Source: Campylobacterota bacterium (GTDB lineage Bacteria > Campylobacterota > Campylobacteria > Campylobacterales > Sulfurimonadaceae). From it: a stretch of DNA of 52,069 bases. Below are positions 39,197 to 48,302 of this stretch, piece after piece. Location of the stretch: the NCBI GenBank assembly GCA_034717975.1, contig JAYEMF010000033.1, forward strand, positions 1 through 52,069, written 5' to 3'. Under the pieces are notes generated by a model, which was not told the DNA's origin, did not search any database, and saw only the letters and a list, made by a program, of their open reading frames with translations. Position 1 is the first letter of the stretch. The number at the start of each line of letters is the position of its first letter. The translations under genes were made by a program, and so were the position numbers.

Positions 39197-40928
39197 AACC
39201 ACCGCCTGCCCCTTAGACTGTTATGATGCCTGCAGTGTGAGTGTCAGTGATGATGGCAAGCTGCAGGGTACTCCCGAACATCCCTATACGCAGGGTTTTC
39301 TCTGCCCCCATCTGAACCATTACGATAAACATGAGCGTATTACTCAGCCGCGTTACAAGGGTGAAGACATCTCTATGGATGAAGCGGTCACTATCTTGAA
39401 AGAGAAGGTGAAAGGGTGTGTGCCATCATCTCTCCTGCACTATCGCGGCAGTGGTAATTTCGGTCTGATGCAGCAGGTGACCGATCATGTTTTTGCCGGT
39501 TACGGGGCGACATTGACCAGAGGTTCGCTCTGTGACGGTGCCGGTGAGGCAGGGATTGTTGAGGGACGAGGCAGAAACTATGCTCTCTCTCCTGAGCAGA
39601 TTTCCAAGGCCGAAGTGGTGATCTTCTGGGGACGCAATCCTCATACGACCAATTCACATCTTCTGCCGCTCTTGAAAGATAAGACAATTATTGTAATTGA
39701 CCCCGTCCAAACAGAAATGGCCGATCAGGCCGACCTCTTCTTGCAGATCAAGCCGCATGGCGATCTGCAGTTTGCGCTGATGCTGGCACGTTTTATTATG
39801 ATCGAAGGGCTGGAAGACAAGGAGTTTGTTGAGGCATATGCCGAGGAGTATGAAGAGTTCTTTGATCTGACCCAAACAATACGCATCAAAGCTTCCCTCG
39901 AAGCGATTGACCTCTCACTGGGAAACATTGGTGATGTGCTTGAGCTGGTTCGTGGGAAACGTACGGTTATTTTGCCGGGTGTCGGAATCCAGAAGTATCG
40001 CAATGGTGCAGATATTATGCGCGCGATCGATGCGATTGGCGTACTCTTGGGACTCTTTGGCAAAGAGGGGTGCGGTGTCAGTTATCTGGGCAGCTCTTCA
40101 GAAGGGATAGAGAGCCCGTTTGAACTCAAAGCCTCGCGTGAGCCCAAAGCGACAGTTGATTTTTCCAAGTTTGAGCTCGTGTTTGTCCAAGGTGCCAATC
40201 CGCTTAGTCAGATGCCCGACACCAGGCGTGCTGAAGCTGGCTTGAAAGCGGCAGAGAGTGTCGTCTATTTTGGGCTTTATGAAAATGAGACCTCTGAAGC
40301 CGCCGATCTGGTGATCCCGGCGAAGAGCTTTTTGGAAAAAGCCGATATCCGCAGCAGTTACGGGCATGATGCACTGTTGTCTATGCCTTGTATCAGAGAG
40401 AGTGAAGTAGGGATCAGCGAGTATGATCTGGCCCATGCAGTGAGTGAAGTGTGCGGCGTTGAGCTGAAGAGTGAAGCGGATTACATCGGGCATTTTACCT
40501 CTTTTGGCGAGCTGCGTGATGGGATGATGAAAGTCAAAGGGCGTGAAGCAATTCCTTATAAAGATGGTTTTGATACGGATGACGGACAGTTCCTCTTTCT
40601 AGAAGAGCTCGATCTTGGTTTTGATCTGGATAACGATCTCTTTTTGTTGACGGCCAAAAGTCCAAAAAGCCTGAACTCGCAGTTCAATAGGGAGTCGGTT
40701 GCCCATGTCAGTCCCCAATCAGGCTTTTTGGATGGTCAGCGGTTGCGTATTGTCTCTACGACGGGAAGTGTTGAGCTGACTGCAAGGCATGACACAAGAG
40801 TACGAAGTGATTGTGTATTGATCTACTCAGGAACACCGGGGGTAAATTACCTCACGCCTTCACTGCTGAGTTATGAGGGTGAAAATGCGATCTATCAAGA
40901 AAATAAAGTAAGGGTTGAAATATGCTAA
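39189..40928 (+). CDS. Molybdopterin (bis-MGD) oxidoreductase, DMSO reductase superfamily, uncharacterised
   Basis: CPLDCYDAC...LC Fe-S motif, WGRNP, VIDP, ETS..ADLVIPA and LNSQF; no Tat signal. Confidence 0.88.
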   Translation: MSRTTACPLDCYDACSVSVSDDGKLQGTPEHPYTQGFLCPHLNHYDKHERITQPRYKGEDISMDEAVTILKEKVKGCVPSSLLHYRGSGNFGLMQQVTDHVFAGYGATLTRGSLCDGAGEAGIVEGRGRNYALSPEQISKAEVVIFWGRNPHTTNSHLLPLLKDKTIIVIDPVQTEMADQADLFLQIKPHGDLQFALMLARFIMIEGLEDKEFVEAYAEEYEEFFDLTQTIRIKASLEAIDLSLGNIGDVLELVRGKRTVILPGVGIQKYRNGADIMRAIDAIGVLLGLFGKEGCGVSYLGSSSEGIESPFELKASREPKATVDFSKFELVFVQGANPLSQMPDTRRAEAGLKAAESVVYFGLYENETSEAADLVIPAKSFLEKADIRSSYGHDALLSMPCIRESEVGISEYDLAHAVSEVCGVELKSEADYIGHFTSFGELRDGMMKVKGREAIPYKDGFDTDDGQFLFLEELDLGFDLDNDLFLLTAKSPKSLNSQFNRESVAHVSPQSGFLDGQRLRIVSTTGSVELTARHDTRVRSDCVLIYSGTPGVNYLTPSLLSYEGENAIYQENKVRVEIC

Positions 40929-42100
40929 AAGATTTGGACAGAGAGTATGTTCTACCGACGTATGCACGTCAGGATATAAATTTTGTTTCCGGCAAGAATG
41001 CCACATTGACCGATGATACGGGAAAAGTGTACATCGATTTTACTTCCGGTATCGGGGTAGTAAGCGTTGGTCATGGGAATCAGGCGGTCAGCAAGGCTAT
41101 CTGTGATCAGGTCGGTAAGATTACCCATATCTCCAACCTCTACCTGATCGAACCGCAGGCGGAGTGTGCCCGCCGTATTGTTCAGCAAAGCGGTTACGAT
41201 ATGAAGTGCTTCTTCGGTAACAGCGGGGCAGAGGCCAATGAAGGCGCGATCAAGATCGCCCGTAAATACGGTGAAGTCAACGGTGAACCGAAGCGTTACA
41301 AGGTGATCACGCTTGAACACTCCTTTCATGGCCGTACCATCACAACCGTCAAAGCTACCGGCCAGGAGTCGATGCATAACTATTTTGGACCGTTTCCCGA
41401 CGGTTTTGTCTATGCCAAAGATATCGATCAGATCGAAGGACTTATAGATGATCATACCGTAGCGGTGATGATCGAACTCGTGCAGGGAGAGGGCGGGGTG
41501 CAGCCGCTTGACCGTGAGAAGGTCAAAGCCCTGGCCGCGATGCTTAAGCGTAAAGATGTCCTCCTGATCGTTGATGAGGTGCAGACGGGTATCTACCGTA
41601 CGGGAGAGTTCCTGGCATCGAACCTCTATGAGATCGAACCGGACATTATCACCCTTGCGAAGGGACTCGGAGGCGGCGTACCGATCGGTGTCGTCATGAC
41701 GTCCAGAAAAGATGTTTTCGCCCCGGGTGACCACGGCTCGACGTTTGGCGGGAATTACCTCTCGACAGCTGCTGCCAATGCGGTTTTGGATGAGCTTGAG
41801 AACTATAAACTAAGCGGCGGACTCGATGCCGCGTTTATCTATTTTGAGCAGGCGCTCCAGAGCTTTTATGAAGCCAACTGCTCCATCTTTACGGAGAGTG
41901 TCGGTTTCGGGATGATGCGCGGACTGCGTGTCAAAGATGCCGATACACTGAATGCGATCATTGGCAATGCCAGAGATAGCGGGGTCATGGTCCTTAAAGC
42001 CGGTAAAAATACGTTGCGTTTTCTACCGCCGTTAACCATTACAAAGGAAGAGATTGATGAAGGGTTCACACGTCTTGCTCAAGCTGTCGCTGCTCTCTAG
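40922..42100 (+). CDS. argD: Acetylornithine aminotransferase
   Basis: NSGAEANE, SFHGRT, VQGEGG, DEVQTG, LAKGLGGG and HGSTFGGN motifs. Confidence 0.92.
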   Translation: MLKDLDREYVLPTYARQDINFVSGKNATLTDDTGKVYIDFTSGIGVVSVGHGNQAVSKAICDQVGKITHISNLYLIEPQAECARRIVQQSGYDMKCFFGNSGAEANEGAIKIARKYGEVNGEPKRYKVITLEHSFHGRTITTVKATGQESMHNYFGPFPDGFVYAKDIDQIEGLIDDHTVAVMIELVQGEGGVQPLDREKVKALAAMLKRKDVLLIVDEVQTGIYRTGEFLASNLYEIEPDIITLAKGLGGGVPIGVVMTSRKDVFAPGDHGSTFGGNYLSTAAANAVLDELENYKLSGGLDAAFIYFEQALQSFYEANCSIFTESVGFGMMRGLRVKDADTLNAIIGNARDSGVMVLKAGKNTLRFLPPLTITKEEIDEGFTRLAQAVAAL

Positions 42101-43301
42101 CCTGCTGCTTGTTGCACCGGGAGTTTTTGCCGAAGATAATGTAACAAACAGGCTTGATACCTATCTTTCAGGGCTCAAACAGCAGGAACTTTCATACGAT
42201 TACCAAAAGAATGAAGCCGAGAGTTCGAAACTCAGAGACTCATGGATCATGCCGATCACACTAAAATACTCGTATAAAAAAAGTGAGCCGTATGGTGTTG
42301 AACAGACCAGCGAAAATGCGGCCATCGTTTTGGATCAGCCTATTTTCCAAAGCGGCGGTATCTATTACGGGATCAAGTTTGCCGAAGCTTCACGCAAGTA
42401 TGCGGACTACTCGATCGATCAGCAGCGGCGTATGCTGATCAAAGAAGCGATCTCACTGCTGATGCAGGTTAAACAGTCCGGTTTGCGTATTGAACGGCAA
42501 AATCTTCAGATCGCCAACTCCAATATCTCCCTGGAACAGAGGCAGGAGGAGTACCTTAACGGTCAGCTTGATTCCGGTTTTTTGAACAACGCGATTATCG
42601 AGACCAACCTCGTAACCCAGACACTGTATGATATTGAGACCAACAAAGAGCGTCTTGTCTCAAAATTTCAAAGTCTCAGTGATCTTGATTACACTCAGGC
42701 CAAGATTCCTTACCTGCGACTTGTCGCTGAAGCGGAGTTTCTTGAAAACAATATCGATCTGAAACTGGTCGAGAGTGAAACGGAAAAGAATCGTTATAAT
42801 AAAAACGTGACTGTCGCCAAATATCTGCCAAAGGTGAGTCTCACCGCCAGCTATAACTGGGATAAGTATGATAGACGTTCAATCGGTGCCACTCAAACGT
42901 CAGGCGGGGCAGAAACAGACTATAGTAGCTACGGCTTCAAGGCCTCCATGCCGCTCGATATCAATACCTTCCGTGATGTCGAATCGGCCCAGGTGACCTA
43001 CCTGAAATCGAAGGTAGTGATAGATGATCGAAAACGCGAGCTCAAGGCACTCTTTGAACAGGTGATGCAGAACCTTGAAAATTACGACAAAAAGATCAAA
43101 CTGGCCAGAGAGAATGAAGCACTCTATGCCAAGCTGTTGAGCGAGACAAAAGTTCTTTTTGAAGCTGGCTACAAAACCAGTTACGAGGTAGAAAACCTGG
43201 AAAACTCTGTTAAAATCCAGGAGATCGACCGCAGGATCTTCGAGATGGACAAACAGCTTGAACTGCTGAATCTTTATGAGAAGTTGACGGATGACGTTTA
43301 G
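42057..43301 (+). CDS. TolC-family outer membrane efflux protein
   Basis: Signal peptide; repeated OEP-like halves (QPIFQSGG; YLPKVSLTASY; MPL). 5' end overlaps argD (TTG 42054 or ATG 42057). Confidence 0.85.
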   Translation: MKGSHVLLKLSLLSSLLLVAPGVFAEDNVTNRLDTYLSGLKQQELSYDYQKNEAESSKLRDSWIMPITLKYSYKKSEPYGVEQTSENAAIVLDQPIFQSGGIYYGIKFAEASRKYADYSIDQQRRMLIKEAISLLMQVKQSGLRIERQNLQIANSNISLEQRQEEYLNGQLDSGFLNNAIIETNLVTQTLYDIETNKERLVSKFQSLSDLDYTQAKIPYLRLVAEAEFLENNIDLKLVESETEKNRYNKNVTVAKYLPKVSLTASYNWDKYDRRSIGATQTSGGAETDYSSYGFKASMPLDINTFRDVESAQVTYLKSKVVIDDRKRELKALFEQVMQNLENYDKKIKLARENEALYAKLLSETKVLFEAGYKTSYEVENLENSVKIQEIDRRIFEMDKQLELLNLYEKLTDDV

Positions 43302-44280
43302 CGATTATATGGAGAACTGGCTCTATGGAGATAAGGGCTATTATGCAACGTATAAGGTTATCGGGAAAGGCGGGGATTTCTATACGGCGGTGAGTACCTC
43401 GAAGTTCTTCGGCGGGAGCGTTGCCAAACATGTGATTTCGCTGATCGATGAGGGTTTTTTGCCTGAAGATACGACCATTTGCGAGATCGGTGCACACCAT
43501 GGCTACTTTTTAGCCGATATGATCGAGTTTATCTATACCCTGCGTCCTGAACTTCTTCAGAGCCTAAAATTTGCCATCGTTGAGCGCTTTGAGGCACTTC
43601 GTGAACAGCAGCGAAACTATATGGAAGAGTCATTCGGCGATGCTGTCACTTTGACACACTACAGCTCACTCGAAGAGATGCATGTCCCGCATGCCTTTTT
43701 TATCGCCAATGAGATCTTCGATGCCTTTCCATGTGAACTTTACTATAAAGGTAAAACCGGACGTCTCGATGGCCATGAAGTTCTTTTCGATGTTGAAGAT
43801 GAATGGGTCAGTGAAAAGGCCGAAAAGTACCATAAAGACCGTGGTGAGATCGCCGTCGGATATGAGGCGTTTGCCGTCGCTATGGCCAAAGCCGCCGATA
43901 AGTTCGAGTTTATGAGTTTTGACTATGGTGAGATGCAGGCACGCCCTGATTTCTCACTCCGTGTTTACCAGGAACATGAAGTCTTGCCTTTCTTTGATGA
44001 GAAGCTGAACCGTGAGGAGGCCTTTGCTGCGTCAGACATTACCTATGATGTCACTTTCGCCCATGTCAAAGATGCTTTTGAAGAGGCTGGTGTCAGCTTT
44101 GTAGAACTGAAAGCCCAGATGAGTGCGCTGATCAATTTTGGTATGCTTGAGCTTCTGGAGATGCTGCGAGTCAATGTGGAAGAGAAGCTCTATAAGCAGG
44201 AACTTGAAAAAGCAAAGATGCTGATCCTGCCGGACTATCTTGGCGAACGCTTCAAGATGATCCGGTTTCGCAAAAATTAA
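43291..44280 (+). CDS. SAM-dependent methyltransferase, MidA/NDUFAF7 family
   Basis: F..YM...LY...GYY, GDFYTA, EIGA..G, ANEIFDAFP, FDYG and DITYDV.F motifs. Confidence 0.88.
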   Translation: MTFSDYMENWLYGDKGYYATYKVIGKGGDFYTAVSTSKFFGGSVAKHVISLIDEGFLPEDTTICEIGAHHGYFLADMIEFIYTLRPELLQSLKFAIVERFEALREQQRNYMEESFGDAVTLTHYSSLEEMHVPHAFFIANEIFDAFPCELYYKGKTGRLDGHEVLFDVEDEWVSEKAEKYHKDRGEIAVGYEAFAVAMAKAADKFEFMSFDYGEMQARPDFSLRVYQEHEVLPFFDEKLNREEAFAASDITYDVTFAHVKDAFEEAGVSFVELKAQMSALINFGMLELLEMLRVNVEEKLYKQELEKAKMLILPDYLGERFKMIRFRKN

Positions 44281-44408
44281 CGACCAAACCCCCTAAACAC
44301 CGTACTTGTGATTACTACAGTTGGCCAAGAGACGGGCTCTTCGCCCCTTGACCTAAGCTAATATTGTCTTAAATATTCAAACACAGGTGTACATTGTAAG
44401 GAGACAAG

Positions 44409-44555
44409 ATGCACGATTTACAAACAATAGTAAAGATAAACCATCAGACCAGGAGCGCTACGATGTCCGGGTCAAAGAATAGCTTGACGATGTGATAATC
44501 GATATCCTGGCCGTCAGAGAGTTCAAGAATCTGCCGGGCATCGTCGTGCAATCTT
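44409..44555 (+). pseudogene. Possible degraded 5' gene fragment
   Basis: Strong TAAGGAG SD and ATG at 44409 (MHDLQTIVKINHQ). Protein-like reading continues in another frame (QERYDVRVKE*LDDVIIDILAVREFKNLPGIVV) across a TAG at 44480. Confidence 0.3.
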
Positions 44556-44598
44556 TGCTTGTTTTGGTAAAATATGCCCATAAACAAAAGGAGAATGT

Positions 44599-45963
44599 TT
44601 GCAAAAACAGCATTCAGACGACGAAATTATCAAGCGTGCCAGCGAGTATGCCATTTCGGCGCATAAGCGTATTGATCAGCGACGAAAATATACCGGGCAA
44701 CCCTATCATGTTCATCTCAAAGCGGTATCCAAAACGGTATCGGAGGCTGGAGGGGATGCCGCACAGGTTGCTGCGGCCTGGCTGCATGATACCGTTGAAG
44801 ACACCCCGGCAACGTTTGAAGATATTGAAATGGAATTTGGAAAGGATATCGCTACACTGGTTGAAGAGCTGACCGATGTGAGCCGACCGGGTGACGGCAA
44901 TCGGGCAAAACGCAAAAAGATCGACCGTAAGCATCTGGCCGGCATATCCCCTCGTGCCAAAACCATCAAACTGGCAGATCTTATAGACAATGCACGAGAT
45001 ATTCTGAAGCACGATCTAAAATTTGCCAAAGTTTATCTTGCTGAAATGCAGATGCTTTTAGAGGTATTGGGCGAAGGTGATGCCAGGCTCTTCAAGCGTG
45101 CGCAAAATGCTTTATTGAAGGGGCAGAAGAAGATCGGAATGGATATGCAGGTTCTCCAGTGCCCTGATGAAGAGGAGGAAGCACCCCGGTCAATATTCTC
45201 CGGGTTCGAGCATCATGCTTTCAAGCGTATGTTTTTCGAAACCTTCAGCGCATACGATATTGCCAAGCCACTTCTTGCTTTTGATGCTCAGACTCCATGC
45301 GAGACTGTATTGCAGGCACTGGAAACCCGAGGCTTTGACCTTGCAATATTGACACAGTCCGGGGAGTATACGGGCTATGTCAAAAAACAAGAGATAACGG
45401 AGGGGATCTGTCAACATTTTGAACGTCCAATCAGCGCAAACCAGATTTTAGAAGTTAATGCGCCTATAAGCGAAGCCGTATATACCCTGACACGGTATGA
45501 TGTTGCTTTTGTCAAACTGTTTGACGATATTGGTGCCGTCATCAGCCGTGACGATATGAACAAACCGGCTGCGAAAATGTGGTTATTTGGTATCATCACC
45601 ATCATGGAAGCTGACGTGACAGAGTTAATTAAAAAGGAGTATGGTGACGAAGGGTGGATACCTCTGCTTGCTCCGGCAAGAGTTAAAAAAGCAGAAGCAC
45701 TCCATGAAGAGCGAAAGCGCCTTCTTCAGTCAAGCACACTGCCGGAGTGTCTGCAATTGTCCGATAAAGGGTTAATAGCTTCTGAAACTAATGGTTTTCT
45801 GAAATCATTGGGATTTACAACAAAATCTGCCTTCAAAAGAACATTACGCGATCTTGAGTTATTACGCAACAATCTGGCACACTCTCAAAACATCGGTAAT
45901 GATGACTGGACTCCGATAGCGAGGCTGGCACGAACGATTGAAGAGACCATTAAAAATCGCTGA
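44599..45963 (+). CDS. HD (Mesh1/SpoT-like hydrolase)-CBS pair-HEPN (Swt1-like) fusion protein
   Basis: AH...QRRKYTGQPY..H, WLHDTVED and KLADLIDN; central CBS-like repeats; C-terminal LRNNLAH (RX4H); AAAGGAG SD with TTG start. Confidence 0.8.
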   Translation: MQKQHSDDEIIKRASEYAISAHKRIDQRRKYTGQPYHVHLKAVSKTVSEAGGDAAQVAAAWLHDTVEDTPATFEDIEMEFGKDIATLVEELTDVSRPGDGNRAKRKKIDRKHLAGISPRAKTIKLADLIDNARDILKHDLKFAKVYLAEMQMLLEVLGEGDARLFKRAQNALLKGQKKIGMDMQVLQCPDEEEEAPRSIFSGFEHHAFKRMFFETFSAYDIAKPLLAFDAQTPCETVLQALETRGFDLAILTQSGEYTGYVKKQEITEGICQHFERPISANQILEVNAPISEAVYTLTRYDVAFVKLFDDIGAVISRDDMNKPAAKMWLFGIITIMEADVTELIKKEYGDEGWIPLLAPARVKKAEALHEERKRLLQSSTLPECLQLSDKGLIASETNGFLKSLGFTTKSAFKRTLRDLELLRNNLAHSQNIGNDDWTPIARLARTIEETIKNR

Positions 45964-45987
45964 TGAAGAGTTTATGATTGCAGCGGC

Positions 45988-46164
45988 TTACTTCGTACTT
46001 TCTGCAAATTGTTCAGTACCTTCTCCAACGGCATCTTTTGTTTTATGCCAGACGTTTTTTGTACCGCCTTTAACATTTCCCCAATTTGTTTTAAACTCTT
46101 TTTTTGAACATCCGGTAAAGAGCAGCATAGTGCAAGAGAGTATAATCAAAAGAGCTTTTGTCAT
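45988..46164 (-). CDS. Small lipoprotein (58 aa); absent from the ORF track
   Basis: MTKALLIILSCTMLLFTGC lipobox followed by an amphipathic helix (SKKEFKTNWENVKGGTKNVWHKTKDAVGEG...); GAAGG SD. Confidence 0.75.
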   Translation of the reverse strand: MTKALLIILSCTMLLFTGCSKKEFKTNWGNVKGGTKNVWHKTKDAVGEGTEQFAESTK

Positions 46165-46257
46165 TTAGAACCTTCGTATAAATAAAGTGGAGTATTATAC
46201 ATCAAAAAGTGAAATATACTTTGATGGGATTTTTTTTACAATACACTAATCGATTAT

Positions 46258-46269
46258 TGAGTATACTCA
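46258..46269. promoter_or_regulatory. Palindromic operator candidate overlapping a -10 box of the ACP-KS cluster
   Basis: Perfect 12-bp palindrome TGAGTATACTCA containing TATACT, about 30 bp upstream of the ACP start. Confidence 0.45.
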
Positions 46270-46300
46270 TAAAAATTAAGTAAAGAAAGTTTTTTTTCAG

Positions 46301-46555
46301 ATGATTACTACAACAGATTTAAAAGAGAAGATTATTGCAGGTTTGAACCTTGAAGAGATTGAACCAGATGAGATCGCTGATGATGATGTACTTTTTGGAG
46401 AAGAGGGATTGGGACTTGATTCTGTAGATGCAATTGAGTTAACACTGATTTTAGAGAAAGAATTTGGGGCCAAAGTGACCAATATGGCTGAAGCAGAAAC
46501 GATCTTTGCTACTATCAACACTCTGACGGACTATGTCAATAAACAGCAATCATAA
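46301..46555 (+). CDS. Acyl carrier protein (aryl-polyene/secondary FAS type)
   Basis: Acidic 84 aa; LGLDSVDAIEL phosphopantetheine Ser motif. Confidence 0.9.
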   Translation: MITTTDLKEKIIAGLNLEEIEPDEIADDDVLFGEEGLGLDSVDAIELTLILEKEFGAKVTNMAEAETIFATINTLTDYVNKQQS

Positions 46556-47645
46556 ATCCTATATCACCGCTACGGCAGCATATACCTGTGTCGGAGACAC
46601 TGATGCGTTAATGCAGGCTCTGTATCATTGCCAAACCGGTATCTCCGAAACAGAGTTGCAAAGTTCCGATAAAACCGTTGCTGTAGGCAGTTTTAAAAAC
46701 ATCTCTTTCTTTGAAGCATTAGAACAGACATGCAGTGAAGTTCTTGCAAAATCCAAGTTAGATTCGTTTGCCGATACGCTGTTGATTGTCGGCTCTTCTG
46801 TCGGGGGTATGGCTGAAAGTGAAGCGCACTATTTCCAAGATGGCAACTATAAAAATATCAATCCAAATCAGCATGTGATCCATGTTATAGCCGAACATCT
46901 AGATGCTATGTTTCATTTCAAGGGAATACGATCGTTATCCACGGCATGTACTTCAAGCAGCAATGCCCTTATGCTTGCCAAGCGACTGATAAGCTATGGA
47001 GCCTACAAGCATATATTGGTCGTGGGTGCTGATGCACTGTGTCATACAACTGTTGAGGGTTTTAACGCTTTGGGTATTCTAAGTGATGCACCATGTAAAC
47101 CTTTTGACAGTGAACGCAATGGGATGAATGTTGCCGAGGGGATTGCTGTTTTACTGATAGAGCGCAGCTGTCACGGAGAGAGTATTGAACTTATTGGCGC
47201 TGCCGGGAGTAGCGATGCTTTTCACATTACCAATCCCGACCCCAATGCCGCAGGGGCCATTTCGGCTATTACTGCGGCACTGAAAGATGCCGGCTTGGAG
47301 ACGGAAGAGGTTGATTATATCAATGCACATGGTACCGGGACACAGGCGAATGACGCTTCAGAGGCATTGGCTATCGAGACACTTTTTAAACAGAGGCCTC
47401 CGGTAAGTTCCACCAAGGCTGTTACAGGCCATACCCTTGGTGCGGCAGGAGCCCTTGAAGCCGTGATCTGTGTGGAAGCATTAAAGCGGGAGATGATTCC
47501 GCCGGCATGTAATCTCGATAGCTCTCTATTTACAGCGCTCAATCTTCCCTCCGCACCGGTAGCAAAGTCGATAAACTATGTGTTGTCCAATTCATTTGCA
47601 TTTGGCGGCAACAACGTATCTTTACTGTTTGGACGCCCTTCGTGA
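46533..47645 (+). CDS. Beta-ketoacyl-ACP synthase (FabF/ApeO-like)
   Basis: STACTSS, NAHGTGT, GHTLGAAG and NSFAFGGNN; Cys-His-His triad intact. Confidence 0.92.
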   Translation: MSINSNHKSYITATAAYTCVGDTDALMQALYHCQTGISETELQSSDKTVAVGSFKNISFFEALEQTCSEVLAKSKLDSFADTLLIVGSSVGGMAESEAHYFQDGNYKNINPNQHVIHVIAEHLDAMFHFKGIRSLSTACTSSSNALMLAKRLISYGAYKHILVVGADALCHTTVEGFNALGILSDAPCKPFDSERNGMNVAEGIAVLLIERSCHGESIELIGAAGSSDAFHITNPDPNAAGAISAITAALKDAGLETEEVDYINAHGTGTQANDASEALAIETLFKQRPPVSSTKAVTGHTLGAAGALEAVICVEALKREMIPPACNLDSSLFTALNLPSAPVAKSINYVLSNSFAFGGNNVSLLFGRPS

Positions 47646-48286
47646 AAGTAAGTCTTGAGATTATCGCTTCAGAAGTGACCTGTGCAGATCAAAAGATAGA
47701 TGATCTGCGTGAAAAAGAGATCGTCCCAAAAATGATGCTACGCCGCAGATTGACCAGGGCGAGCAAGATCATGTTATATCTCGCTGAGAGCTGCCGGTTT
47801 AAGCAGGGAGCTGTTGTCTACGGCAGTGCTTATGGTGAACTTCCCGCCATAGCGGAGATACTTTCTGCGATCTACTCTCATGACGCGATCAGTCCGACAG
47901 CATTTCAAAACTCCGTCTACAATACACCGGCATCTTACTTTTCGATTTTACATCAGAACCATGAGGAGATATTGACCGTCTCAAGTGGTGATCAGACTTC
48001 GCAGGATGTTCTTAAAACGGCTGCTTTGCAGGCACTTTATCATCAAACAGATGTTCTCGCACTCTGTACCGAAACGATAAATATCGATAATATCAATGAA
48101 GTAAACAGCTGTAGCCAGTATCTGGAGTCCGGTGTAGCGTGCCGGTTGCGCTTAAGTGATAAAGAGCCGACCATTTTCCCTGAAGGGAAAATATATAACG
48201 GATTTATGCCGTCACTAAATAGCATGCTTGAACTCCATGAGAAATCACAGAGTATCGCAAACCCGGTTGTAGCGATATCTTTATAA
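47642..48286 (+). CDS. Ketosynthase chain-length factor (ApeC-like)
   Basis: M.RRRL.R..K, G...GE and ISPTAFQNSVYN pattern; no catalytic triad. Confidence 0.8.
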   Translation: MKVSLEIIASEVTCADQKIDDLREKEIVPKMMLRRRLTRASKIMLYLAESCRFKQGAVVYGSAYGELPAIAEILSAIYSHDAISPTAFQNSVYNTPASYFSILHQNHEEILTVSSGDQTSQDVLKTAALQALYHQTDVLALCTETINIDNINEVNSCSQYLESGVACRLRLSDKEPTIFPEGKIYNGFMPSLNSMLELHEKSQSIANPVVAISL

Positions 48287-48302
48287 AACAGATAGGACGA
48301 CA

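Noticed and set aside
40952..41734. 260-aa antisense ORF, and the many other antisense or alternate-frame ORFs in the track
   Set aside because: They lie within well-supported genes, show no motifs and are explained by codon bias of the sense gene.
44492..44872. 126-aa ORF overlapping the HD gene
   Set aside because: No SD, and its 3' part is an off-frame read of the HD gene. Only the first ~20 codons may belong to a pseudogene fragment.
45938..46168. 76-aa plus-strand ORF
   Set aside because: Antisense shadow of the small lipoprotein.
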